From the IMG/VR virus record IMGVR_UViG_3300029555_000004: a stretch of DNA of 64,000 nt; one strand, written 5' to 3'. Below are positions 52,226-60,453 of this stretch, one piece after another. The stretch's first letter is position 1. Every line of letters starts with the position of its first letter. The position numbers and the translations under genes are program-made. The DNA is from a virus. Under the pieces are notes generated by a model, which searched no databases, was not told the origin of the DNA, and was given only the letters and a program-made list of their open reading frames with translations.

Positions 52226-52339
52226 TGGTATAATTTTTTTAATGAAGAAGTACACACGGTCTTGATTTTTGAGCCGCTAAGAAGAAATTAACATTTCTCA
52301 ATTTTGAGGAATTTTTATCTTACTTGGCGGCTCTTTTTT
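52226..52339 (+). promoter_or_regulatory. extended -10 promoter followed by branched terminator
   Basis: TGGTATAAT at 52226-52234; stem GAGCCGCTAAG/CTTACTTGGCGGCTC (52271-52333) then T6. Confidence 0.5.
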
Positions 52340-52372
52340 ATTTTATCCATCAATATAAGGAGGAATGGAAGA

Positions 52373-53062
52373 ATGGGAAATGAAGTTTTAGTAACAAGCG
52401 AACAGACACCTATTGAGATTGCACTTGGGATTGACGAAGAAGGCATGACTACTGCAAGAAAACTATATTCATTTTTAGAACTTGCACAGGGACAATTTTC
52501 AAGATGGGCGAAAACAAATATTATCGACAATTCATTTGCGGTAGAAAATGAAGACTATTGGGGGTTCGACATTGATGTCGAGGGTAATAAAACTGTTGAT
52601 TATAAGATAACTGCCCATTTTGCCAAAAAACTTTCAATGCTATCAAAATCTGAAAGAGGAGAACAAGCAAGAAATTATTTTATTGGTTGCGAACAATCCT
52701 TAAAAATTGCTTTTAAAAAGCAGCGTGCAGCAGAACTTGAACGAGCCAAAGGAATAGCAGTAAGACAGGCATTGACAAAGGCAATCCAGCAATCTTCTGA
52801 AAATGAAAGAATGCACGGACATGCCTATTCTACATATACGGACGTTATTTACAAGTCCATATTTGGCAAAAACGCCAAGCAACTAAGAGAGGAATTCGGA
52901 ATCACAAAAAAAGAAAGTATGAGAGATTATTTTTCAGAAGAAGAGTTGGTGAAAGTTCAGAACGCAGAAATGCTTGTAAGTGCGTTGGTCGGATATGGCT
53001 GGGGGTATAACGAAATTAAAGAATTTATTCTGAATAAAGGAATTAATAAAATTGCGGCATAA
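52373..53062 (+). CDS. AntA/AntB-type antirepressor-like protein
   Basis: FSRWAKTNII...EDYWGF...DYKITAHFAKKLSMLSKSERGEQARNYFI; AAGGAGGAA RBS. Confidence 0.6.
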   Translation: MGNEVLVTSEQTPIEIALGIDEEGMTTARKLYSFLELAQGQFSRWAKTNIIDNSFAVENEDYWGFDIDVEGNKTVDYKITAHFAKKLSMLSKSERGEQARNYFIGCEQSLKIAFKKQRAAELERAKGIAVRQALTKAIQQSSENERMHGHAYSTYTDVIYKSIFGKNAKQLREEFGITKKESMRDYFSEEELVKVQNAEMLVSALVGYGWGYNEIKEFILNKGINKIAA

Positions 53063-53152
53063 ATTTTGATCTTTTAGACAGCTCGCATTTAAAATGAGGT
53101 CTGGAAATGTTCGATTTAAAATAGAACCTTACAATGGGGAGGGAAAGCAAAA

Positions 53153-53368
53153 ATGTCATATAAAAATTATTGCGTTGTAAGCAAAGAAGTGCTTCATAAT
53201 AGAAATATTTCCCTTGAAGCAAAGGGAATATACGCTTTAATGATGAGTGTTGGCAAAGATAATTTTAATGTAAAGGAATTATATGATCTTTCAAAAGAAG
53301 AAATAAATGTTATTGATAATGCGATAAATGAGTTAGAAAAACTCGGTTACGTAACTCTTGAAAAATAA
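53153..53368 (+). CDS. small winged-helix/HTH protein
   Basis: ISLEAKGIYALMMS...AINELEKLGYVTLEK pattern. Confidence 0.4.
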   Translation: MSYKNYCVVSKEVLHNRNISLEAKGIYALMMSVGKDNFNVKELYDLSKEEINVIDNAINELEKLGYVTLEK

Positions 53369-53500
53369 TTCGGTAAAATCAGTGGGCTAGGTTGGCCGCC
53401 GAAAAGCGTAATTCCATGATACGTCTGTCCACTGTTTTTATAAATCATGGGTCTGCGACAAGAAAGTAGTCACGCATTAACGACATGGAGGTTATCTAAT

Positions 53501-54670
53501 ATGAATTCTGAAATCAGAGAAATATCCCAAGAAGAAATAAAAGCGAGAGTAGCGTTTCTTTCATCCGCAAAATGTAATCATACACCACACAAATATATTG
53601 ATATTGCTGGTGGATTGATTGAGGGTACGCTATTATCAAGAATTTTATATTGGTTTTCTGAGGATAAAAATAAAAGAAGAAAAGTGCGCATTTTTAAAGA
53701 CGGCCATTATTGGATTGCAAAACAGAGAAAAGATTGGCAAGAAGAAATTAGAATTACAGAACGCCAATACGATAAGGCAATTAAAGAACTGAAAAATAGA
53801 GGGTTTGTTGAACTCGCAAAATATAAGTTTAATTCCATGCCTACAGTACATATTCGCCCATTGTGGGAAAATATCAATAAGGCTGTTGCTGTTTGGGAAA
53901 GTGAACTTGAAAAAGAAATTGTTTCCGAATTTCAAAATGAAGCAAACGGGAATAACGAAAAATGTAATTCCCAAGGGAATGACGAAAAATGTAATTCGGG
54001 AATTACAGAAGGAAGCACTTCTTTAACATTACCTACTAACAATGATTATCATAATAACAATGATTACTTTCAAGAGAAAACAGAACCAGACTTTATTGAT
54101 AATAAAGAAAAAAAGACTTTATCTTATACAGATAAAGATAATCAGACTTCTGCTCCTAATAATTATAATAAATTAAATATATATAATATACCTCCTAGAA
54201 CCAAGGAGCAGAAAGCCAACCGCTATAATTTTAGGAACCAATCATCTCTCTTAGATTATAAAGACGAGGATGTTGAGAAATTGGTAACCGAAATATACGA
54301 AAGCATTTACGGAGCCAAAGAGAATATTTTTGAAGACCATGACATTTGCTTATCTATATTTTTAATTAAGGAGTTTTTTAAGAAATATCAAAAGTACCGT
54401 GAAGAGAAACATCCGATGGTTACACAAAGCCAAGCTGAAAATATTCTGAAAATGATACGCAATCCAGATACAGATATGGCAAAAGATGATTTGGTAGACG
54501 ATAAAGAAGAACCACTATTCTATCTTGACATGATGGAGGAACATTTTAAGACAAAGTGGGGGAAAAGAAATGGCGGAGATTTTGATTATAGAATCATGTT
54601 ATTTTTTAAGGACACCACACAAAATATGTTATATCAAAGAGTGAAACAGAAAAGGGAGGACACATTATGA
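53501..54670 (+). CDS. putative replication-initiator-like wHTH protein
   Basis: GTLLSRILYWFSED...YWIAKQRKDWQEEIRITERQYDKAIKELKNRGFVE; internal 27-bp tandem repeat. Confidence 0.4.
   Translation: MNSEIREISQEEIKARVAFLSSAKCNHTPHKYIDIAGGLIEGTLLSRILYWFSEDKNKRRKVRIFKDGHYWIAKQRKDWQEEIRITERQYDKAIKELKNRGFVELAKYKFNSMPTVHIRPLWENINKAVAVWESELEKEIVSEFQNEANGNNEKCNSQGNDEKCNSGITEGSTSLTLPTNNDYHNNNDYFQEKTEPDFIDNKEKKTLSYTDKDNQTSAPNNYNKLNIYNIPPRTKEQKANRYNFRNQSSLLDYKDEDVEKLVTEIYESIYGAKENIFEDHDICLSIFLIKEFFKKYQKYREEKHPMVTQSQAENILKMIRNPDTDMAKDDLVDDKEEPLFYLDMMEEHFKTKWGKRNGGDFDYRIMLFFKDTTQNMLYQRVKQKREDTL
53948..53999. repeat. 27-bp tandem duplication with palindromic ends inside the rep-like gene
   Basis: GGGAATAACGAAAAATGTAATTCCC / GGGAATGACGAAAAATGTAATTCGG. 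Confidence 0.7.
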
Positions 54671-55299
54671 AAAGAATCAAAGCACTACTGGCAACCATTA
54701 TCTGTATTTGCGTTATCACAGGGCTAACAGGCTGTGCAGCGAATGACGATTACATGAATGACGTGAAAGGAAATCTTTCTGGTAACAGCTACACAATCTA
54801 TACCTACGACAACTACGGTCAAAAGGTTATGACTACCACTGGGGACAAGATCAACATTGCCGGGAATAAAACCAAATCCAAGGGCTACGATAGTGAGGGA
54901 AATGAAACAACCAGCTACGATGTATCTTCCGTCATTACAATTCTGATTGACGGTAAAGAAATTGAAAGCTGTGGTGATACTTGTATTTTTGAGCAAAAAG
55001 GATTGAAGCCAGAGGTTGATTTTACCCAGGAGGATATAATTAGCCATTCAACTGGGAAGATTTCAGAGAACACATACATAGCCGGGATTGTGAATTATTA
55101 TAAAAATTATTTCGGGAAATCTAGGGTTGTAGTAATAAAATCTCAACTCGGGCAACCGATAGCCGCATATTCTGGTGACGAGGTGTTCTGGAAAATCCCG
55201 GACGATCTGCCTAAAATGACAAAGCTAATGATTGACGGAAAAGCTCTTTATATCCACAGGGCAAATTTCCAGATTATTGATAAAGAATTACTGCAATAA
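54667..55299 (+). CDS. lipoprotein
   Basis: Signal peptide with lipobox LTGC (MKRIKALLATIICICVITGLTGCAAN). Confidence 0.7.
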   Translation: MKRIKALLATIICICVITGLTGCAANDDYMNDVKGNLSGNSYTIYTYDNYGQKVMTTTGDKINIAGNKTKSKGYDSEGNETTSYDVSSVITILIDGKEIESCGDTCIFEQKGLKPEVDFTQEDIISHSTGKISENTYIAGIVNYYKNYFGKSRVVVIKSQLGQPIAAYSGDEVFWKIPDDLPKMTKLMIDGKALYIHRANFQIIDKELLQ

Positions 55300-55406
55300 A
55301 ATAGCCAAATTCGTCTTAAAACCTCTTACCAGATAAAATATAGGCACAAGACAAGAAAATTGAAATTTGAACAAAGAAATCAACTAATTGTGGAGAATTA
55401 AAACAT

Positions 55407-55739
55407 ATGAGCCAAATAGGAACAGAACTTCCAACAGAATATTCAGACCGTTTCGATAAATTACGACAGAATAGGGTTGAGGTAAGCTTTTACAAGTATG
55501 GTACGGCAAAGGATAACTTCGGGGAGAAGTTGGTAAACGCCTTGGAATCCCACGATATGTGCATCAAAAAGTATCGTGAGACTGGGAATACAGAATATCT
55601 TTGCGATGCAGCAAATTATCTCATGTTTGAGTTTATGTATCCACAAATTCAAGGCGCATACTTCAAGGCAACAGACAGCGGAGAAAGTGCCGGAGTTGCC
55701 GGAACACCGATTAATCAGCTGAAGGAGAAGTGGTATTAA
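55407..55739 (+). CDS. hypothetical protein
   Basis: ORF track. Confidence 0.5.
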   Translation: MSQIGTELPTEYSDRFDKLRQNRVEVSFYKYGTAKDNFGEKLVNALESHDMCIKKYRETGNTEYLCDAANYLMFEFMYPQIQGAYFKATDSGESAGVAGTPINQLKEKWY

Positions 55740-55762
55740 CGAAAAGGAGATGTAAAAATATA

Positions 55763-56050
55763 ATGAACAGACCATTATTTGAGCCAGGGGATATTGTACA
55801 GCACTTCAAACGAGAAACCATCAAGGAGCCACACAACAACGAATATTTGTATGAGATTGTTGGATTCGCCCAACATACGGAAACAGGAGAAGCCCTGGTG
55901 ATATACAGGGCATTGTACGGTGGTAAGAAATTATATGCCAGACCATCAAAAATGTTCTACGGAAAAGTAGATCGGAACAGGTACCCGGAAATTCAGCAAG
56001 AGTACAGATTTGTGAAGTATCATGGAGTGCTTTACGCTGATGGACTTTAA
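55763..56050 (+). CDS. DUF1653 domain protein
   Basis: VQHFKRE...YEIVGFAQHTETGEALVIYRALYG...YARPSKMF matches the DUF1653 pattern. Confidence 0.6.
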   Translation: MNRPLFEPGDIVQHFKRETIKEPHNNEYLYEIVGFAQHTETGEALVIYRALYGGKKLYARPSKMFYGKVDRNRYPEIQQEYRFVKYHGVLYADGL

Positions 56051-56255
56051 GCAGACTTACTTTTCCATCTGGCAAGATATATGGAATCTCCACAAGAAGT
56101 ATGCCTTTATCTCAAAAGACGATATTCCCAAGTGGGAAAATCTCACCATGGAAGCAAGCCAGATTCACGATAAATACTCCGATTCTTTCGGTGCGAAATT
56201 TGCCGAAGCTCTTTTGATTGCTGTGACTGCGGAAATTGATAGAAAAGCGAAATAG
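56040..56255 (+). CDS. hypothetical protein
   Basis: ORF track (start 56022 or 56040). Confidence 0.4.
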   Translation: MDFKQTYFSIWQDIWNLHKKYAFISKDDIPKWENLTMEASQIHDKYSDSFGAKFAEALLIAVTAEIDRKAK

Positions 56256-56317
56256 TGCTTCCAGAATACGTCCCAAGGTGGTACAATATGGGTATCAAAC
56301 TAAGGAGGGGGATATTT

Positions 56318-57820
56318 ATGGCACTGATTAAATGTCCAGAATGCGGCAAGGAAATAAGTGATAAAGCGGCAAGCTGCCCGAACTGTGGATTCCCGATAAC
56401 ACAGGGAAATGCAACACAGGAACTGCCACAGAAGCAAAAGGAATACGACATTGAGATGTTGGATTCTATGAGAATCAAGGCTTCAAAAGCGAATATTGAG
56501 GTTTACTACAAAGGAAATTTGTTACTTGAAGCAAATCCTATGGATTTTGTATTGAATTATGATAAGGAAGAACCAGACGATTTAGGGAGAGTACAGTTGA
56601 AAGTTGCTTTTTCAATTCCGAAATACGCAAAGCCTTTCAAAATTTGCTTATCAACAGGTTCTTCCGCATATGAACAGGCAAAAGAATTTACAACAGAGAT
56701 TGCGGAGCGGTACTTCAAAAAACAATATGTTGTTGAATGGTATATGTTAGACAAGAGTGTAATGGATAATTGCGACAGGGGCGAAGCAAACAAGGCCAGA
56801 ACAACTATTGAGAATATCGAAAAACCTAAAACATATTCTGCACCAAAACCACAGTACACAACACAGCCGACAGCTACCAAGAAAAAAGGGGGATGCGCAA
56901 ACTATTTTGGTTTTATCTGCCTTGTGTTTATTCTAATTGGCTGGTATTCATCTAAAACAGAGAAAACAGCAGATACATCCAAAACACAGACGGAAAAATC
57001 CAGTAGTTACGAAAGAAAAGCAACTCCTACAGTAGAAGAGAAAAAACAGAATGTGGCTCCAATTACTTTTGATGATGAATTACAAACATTTAATTCTGGT
57101 GAATATTCTTATATCACTGACAGCGATTTATATAAATATGCAGTCAATATGAGCGGAGCTAAAATTTATACTGTAGCAACAATAAGTGAGATTAAAGACA
57201 ATAAGGTGCAAGTTACTATTGGTGATAAATACATGATGAGTAATTTTAATGTATCTGATAGTAAATTGTATGCAAAATATGAAAGCGGTCTTAAAGATGA
57301 TGATGTGGTTGCTATTCTTGGAACAGTATCAAATGTAGATTCATGGGGATTTATGGGAGATTCCATAAATTTAGAGAATTGTATGGTATTCGCCAAAGGA
57401 GATGAAGCTAAAAACTACAAAAAGAATGCTTCAGATGATAGTTTATCACAGTATTTTGTAGTGACAGAAGAAGTGGCAAATTCAAAAGAAGTTTCAGAGG
57501 ACGAATACAAGGCACTTTGCCAAACATTGGACTATAATGATATATTGAGAAATCCTGACAGTTACGATAAAAAACATTGTATTGTCTCTGGAACAATAGA
57601 TCAGTCATTAGAAGGAATATTCGGCGGATATACGTTGTATATTGTTGACGGAAACGGTAATAAATGGGATTGTTCATATAGCTATGAGGATGGCGAAACA
57701 CATTACCTAGAAGGAGATTGGGTAACCGTATACGGAACTTGTAGCGGAACATTAAATTCTACAACACTTCTTGGGAAACAAGTTACATTGCCAAGTATAG
57801 ATGTTAAATACATTAACTGA
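56318..57820 (+). CDS. zinc-ribbon membrane protein
   Basis: N-terminal CPECGKEISDKAASCPNCG, one TM (YFGFICLVFILIGWY), large C-terminal domain; AAGGAGGGGG RBS. Confidence 0.6.
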   Translation: MALIKCPECGKEISDKAASCPNCGFPITQGNATQELPQKQKEYDIEMLDSMRIKASKANIEVYYKGNLLLEANPMDFVLNYDKEEPDDLGRVQLKVAFSIPKYAKPFKICLSTGSSAYEQAKEFTTEIAERYFKKQYVVEWYMLDKSVMDNCDRGEANKARTTIENIEKPKTYSAPKPQYTTQPTATKKKGGCANYFGFICLVFILIGWYSSKTEKTADTSKTQTEKSSSYERKATPTVEEKKQNVAPITFDDELQTFNSGEYSYITDSDLYKYAVNMSGAKIYTVATISEIKDNKVQVTIGDKYMMSNFNVSDSKLYAKYESGLKDDDVVAILGTVSNVDSWGFMGDSINLENCMVFAKGDEAKNYKKNASDDSLSQYFVVTEEVANSKEVSEDEYKALCQTLDYNDILRNPDSYDKKHCIVSGTIDQSLEGIFGGYTLYIVDGNGNKWDCSYSYEDGETHYLEGDWVTVYGTCSGTLNSTTLLGKQVTLPSIDVKYIN

Positions 57821-57829
57821 TAAAAATAA

Positions 57830-57862
57830 GGCTAGGGAGAAATCTCTAGCCTTTTTATTTTT
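57830..57862 (+). terminator. intrinsic terminator
   Basis: GGCTAGGGA/TCTCTAGCC stem, 4-nt loop, T5AT5. Confidence 0.85.
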
Positions 57863-57868
57863 GAAAAA

Positions 57869-58036
57869 TGAATCATCATTTTGATGGATTTTCGGAAAAA
57901 TAACTGTCCCTCAAAATTGAAGAGCAGGGTTCTTCATTTTGAGGATCGAACGGACAAATTGACCTGCCGTAGGCTTGAATCATCATTTTGATGAACCTTC
58001 GTGATTTTCAAGATGGTTCATTCCTCATTGATGAGG
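57869..58036. repeat. 18-bp direct repeat x2 plus palindromic hairpin cluster
   Basis: TGAATCATCATTTTGATG at 57869 and 57976; 14-bp hairpin at 57909-57944; CCTCA-TTGA-TGAGG at 58023-58036. Confidence 0.7.
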
Positions 58037-58058
58037 AGTAAAAAAATATAAAAATGTT

Positions 58059-58105
58059 ATTGACTTCTAATCGACTTCATAGTATATTATAAGTAAGAAG
58101 TCAAT
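58059..58105 (+). promoter_or_regulatory. promoter bracketed by a 10-bp inverted repeat (RHH operator candidate)
   Basis: TTGACT-N17-TATATT; ATTGACTTCT (58059-68) / AGAAGTCAAT (58096-105); GACTTC x3. Confidence 0.6.
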
Positions 58106-58135
58106 ATGACTTCAAGAAAGGAGGAAATGCTAATA

Positions 58136-58330
58136 ATGAGTATCAAAACATTTACGTTAAGACTGACAGAAGAACAGCTTGATTTTGTCGGTGAGAAAGC
58201 AAAAGAAATGGGGGTGAGTAAAAACGATTATATTCGCAGGTTAATTGATGGAGATATTCGAGCAGACAAAGAGGATAAAATCTTACAGGAAATTATCGAA
58301 ATCAAGAATATGTTAAAAGCAAACAAATAA
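58136..58330 (+). CDS. ribbon-helix-helix (CopG-like) regulator
   Basis: KTFTLRLTEEQLDFVGEKAKEMGVSKNDYIRRLI; start 58127 or 58136. Confidence 0.65.
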   Translation: MSIKTFTLRLTEEQLDFVGEKAKEMGVSKNDYIRRLIDGDIRADKEDKILQEIIEIKNMLKANK

Positions 58331-58453
58331 AAAAAGGATTCCTGAACCCTAGAAAAGTCGGAACCCTTTAAGCACTCAACACACCGAAGTAGTTGATATT
58401 GTCATTATATCTCCCTTCGGTGTAATTGTAAACACCGAAAGGAGATTTTTTAT

Positions 58454-59269
58454 ATGGCAAATTTAAAGGTTATTGAAAATGAATTAGTTCCTGTGTACGA
58501 AACCGAAAAAGGAATTAAAGTTGTATATGGAAAAGACTTGCATAAAAGCTTAGCAGTAAAAACAGATTTTTCCACATGGGTAAAGAGGAGATTATCAGAG
58601 TGTGATGCTGAGGAAAAAGAAGATTTTGATCTGCTCCCCAAAATTGAGGAGCAGGTAACAGGCAGTAAACACACGATTGAATACCTCATCAAACTCGACA
58701 CTGCCAAAGAAATGGCAATGCTTGAACGCAACGACAAAGGAAAACAGGTTCGCAAGTATTTCATCCAAGTGGAAGAGAAATATAAGCAGACAGCAATCAA
58801 TATCAATCAGCTGTCACCCGAACTGCAAATGTTCAATCAGATTTTCCAACAAGTAGCTAAGACCGAACTGGAACAGAAGAAACTTGCGGAACGTGCCGAC
58901 CAACAAGAGAAGAACATGAAAACCATCATTGATACTTTCAAGGGGACGGATTCCGATGTTGGCACAGAGAAGTGGGTAAACAGATGTATTTCAAAGATTG
59001 CCGAGAGCGATGATTTCTCTTACTCATTCGGGAATAAATATGCCGCCGCCAGAAACGAAAGCTACCGCAGATTATCAGACAGAGCTGGTTGCCGATTAGA
59101 TCAGAAACTTAGAAATGCGATTTCCAGAGCTGAGGAAAGAGGTTGCACAAAAGAGCTGATTAATCAGATTAATAAACTGTCCGTAATCATGCAAGATAAG
59201 CGACTGAAAGAAATTTACATTGGTGTGATTAAAGAAATGATGATTGCATATAGAGTAGAAATTGCATAA
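58454..59269 (+). CDS. AntA/ORF6N-type antirepressor-like protein
   Basis: LVPVYETEKG...VYGKDLHKSL...DFSTWVKRRL...EYLIKLDTAKEMAMLERNDKGKQVRKYFI. Confidence 0.6.
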   Translation: MANLKVIENELVPVYETEKGIKVVYGKDLHKSLAVKTDFSTWVKRRLSECDAEEKEDFDLLPKIEEQVTGSKHTIEYLIKLDTAKEMAMLERNDKGKQVRKYFIQVEEKYKQTAININQLSPELQMFNQIFQQVAKTELEQKKLAERADQQEKNMKTIIDTFKGTDSDVGTEKWVNRCISKIAESDDFSYSFGNKYAAARNESYRRLSDRAGCRLDQKLRNAISRAEERGCTKELINQINKLSVIMQDKRLKEIYIGVIKEMMIAYRVEIA

Positions 59270-59305
59270 TTAGATTTTTACAGAGATACACAGGAGGAAA
59301 ATAAA

Positions 59306-59557
59306 ATGACAGAAAATATGGATAGAGAAGACACAATGTTTGAAGTAGAGGACACTATTGATAAAATCAAGTTTCTTGTGGATGATTTCATGGAACAGTA
59401 TGGATTTAACAGCACAGAAGAGATGGACAAAGAGAAAAGCCTTTTCTTTGCATATAACAAGCAATTTATGACAATGAAACTGTTGATTTTGAGCGATTAT
59501 GCCAATAAAGCAAGACAGAAATTTAAGGCTCTTGAATCTATGGAGCAGAAAGCGTGA
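59306..59557 (+). CDS. hypothetical protein
   Basis: ORF track; AGGAGG RBS. Confidence 0.5.
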   Translation: MTENMDREDTMFEVEDTIDKIKFLVDDFMEQYGFNSTEEMDKEKSLFFAYNKQFMTMKLLILSDYANKARQKFKALESMEQKA

Positions 59558-59561
59558 TCGT

Positions 59562-59858
59562 ATGGCAAACAGAATCCAGTTCAATGGCTTTCAGAAAAAG
59601 AGTGTGTACGCCAAGTGCAACGGAAAATGTGCGATATGCGGTAAGCCTGTCAAATTTAAGAAAATGACAATCGACCACATTATGCCGTTGTCTCGGGGCG
59701 GCACCAATGATATTAAGAATCTGCAACTGGCGTGTAAGCGCTGCAACAGCATGAAGAGCAACATGACAATGGATGATATGATGGGGCAGATTTCCGAGAT
59801 TTTGAAGTATAACCGCAAACAGAAATTGATTAGAGTGTTGGGAGGAATTGTGGAATGA
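59562..59858 (+). CDS. HNH endonuclease
   Basis: CAICGKPV...TIDHIMPLSRGGTNDIKNLQLACKRCNSMK. Confidence 0.8.
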   Translation: MANRIQFNGFQKKSVYAKCNGKCAICGKPVKFKKMTIDHIMPLSRGGTNDIKNLQLACKRCNSMKSNMTMDDMMGQISEILKYNRKQKLIRVLGGIVE

Positions 59859-59956
59859 ATTACTATAAGACAGAGATCATTAATCTCGTACAGAATTGCG
59901 ACAATAGCCACTGGCTAGAAGTGATTTATACGTTTGTAAAAAGATTATTGAAATGA
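59855..59956 (+). CDS. hypothetical small protein (33 aa)
   Basis: Read by eye; ATGA overlap with the HNH stop; its own stop TGA overlaps box C. Confidence 0.3.
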   Translation: MNYYKTEIINLVQNCDNSHWLEVIYTFVKRLLK

Positions 59957-59998
59957 TACCATAGTATACTGAATGATACTTTCACCGTATGTTATAAT
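59955..59998 (+). promoter_or_regulatory. conserved late box, copy C
   Basis: GATACCATAGTATACTGAATGATACT ... TATGT-TATAAT (perfect extended -10 TGTTATAAT). Confidence 0.65.
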
Positions 59999-60022
59999 AT
60001 AAAATCATAATAAGCAATTTTT

Positions 60023-60055
60023 AAAGCGTTTACCTTTCGGGGTAGGCGCTTTTTT
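60023..60055 (+). terminator. leader terminator after box C
   Basis: AAAGCGTTTACC/GGTAGGCGCTTT 12-bp stem, 6-nt loop, T6. Confidence 0.8.
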
Positions 60056-60084
60056 CGTGCGTAAAAATACATGAGGGTTAGCAT

Positions 60085-60450
60085 ATGGCAGAAGTATTTC
60101 TTAAAGTGGATGGGGTAGCATTGCCCTGTCCTTCTTCTTTTACATGGGGATTACAGGATATATCGGCATCAGAATCCGGCAGAACAGATGATACGACCAT
60201 GCACAAAAACAGAGTTGGACAGAAACGAAAGCTGTCTGTAGGTTGGAATGGCCCAGATTGGGACACTGCTTGCAAAATTATACAGGCAGTAAATCCAGAG
60301 TACATACAGGTCACATATCCAGACTTGCTGTCTGCGAACAAGCACGAAACCAGAACATTCTATGTTGGTGACAGGGAATCCCCTTTTAAGTGTTGGTGGA
60401 TAGGCAATGAGCGCATGGAAGGACTTAAATTTGATTTTATCGAGAGGTAA
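60085..60450 (+). CDS. putative distal tail protein (small)
   Basis: Position immediately before the tail-tip protein; no clear motif. Confidence 0.4.
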   Translation: MAEVFLKVDGVALPCPSSFTWGLQDISASESGRTDDTTMHKNRVGQKRKLSVGWNGPDWDTACKIIQAVNPEYIQVTYPDLLSANKHETRTFYVGDRESPFKCWWIGNERMEGLKFDFIER

Positions 60451-60453
60451 AAT

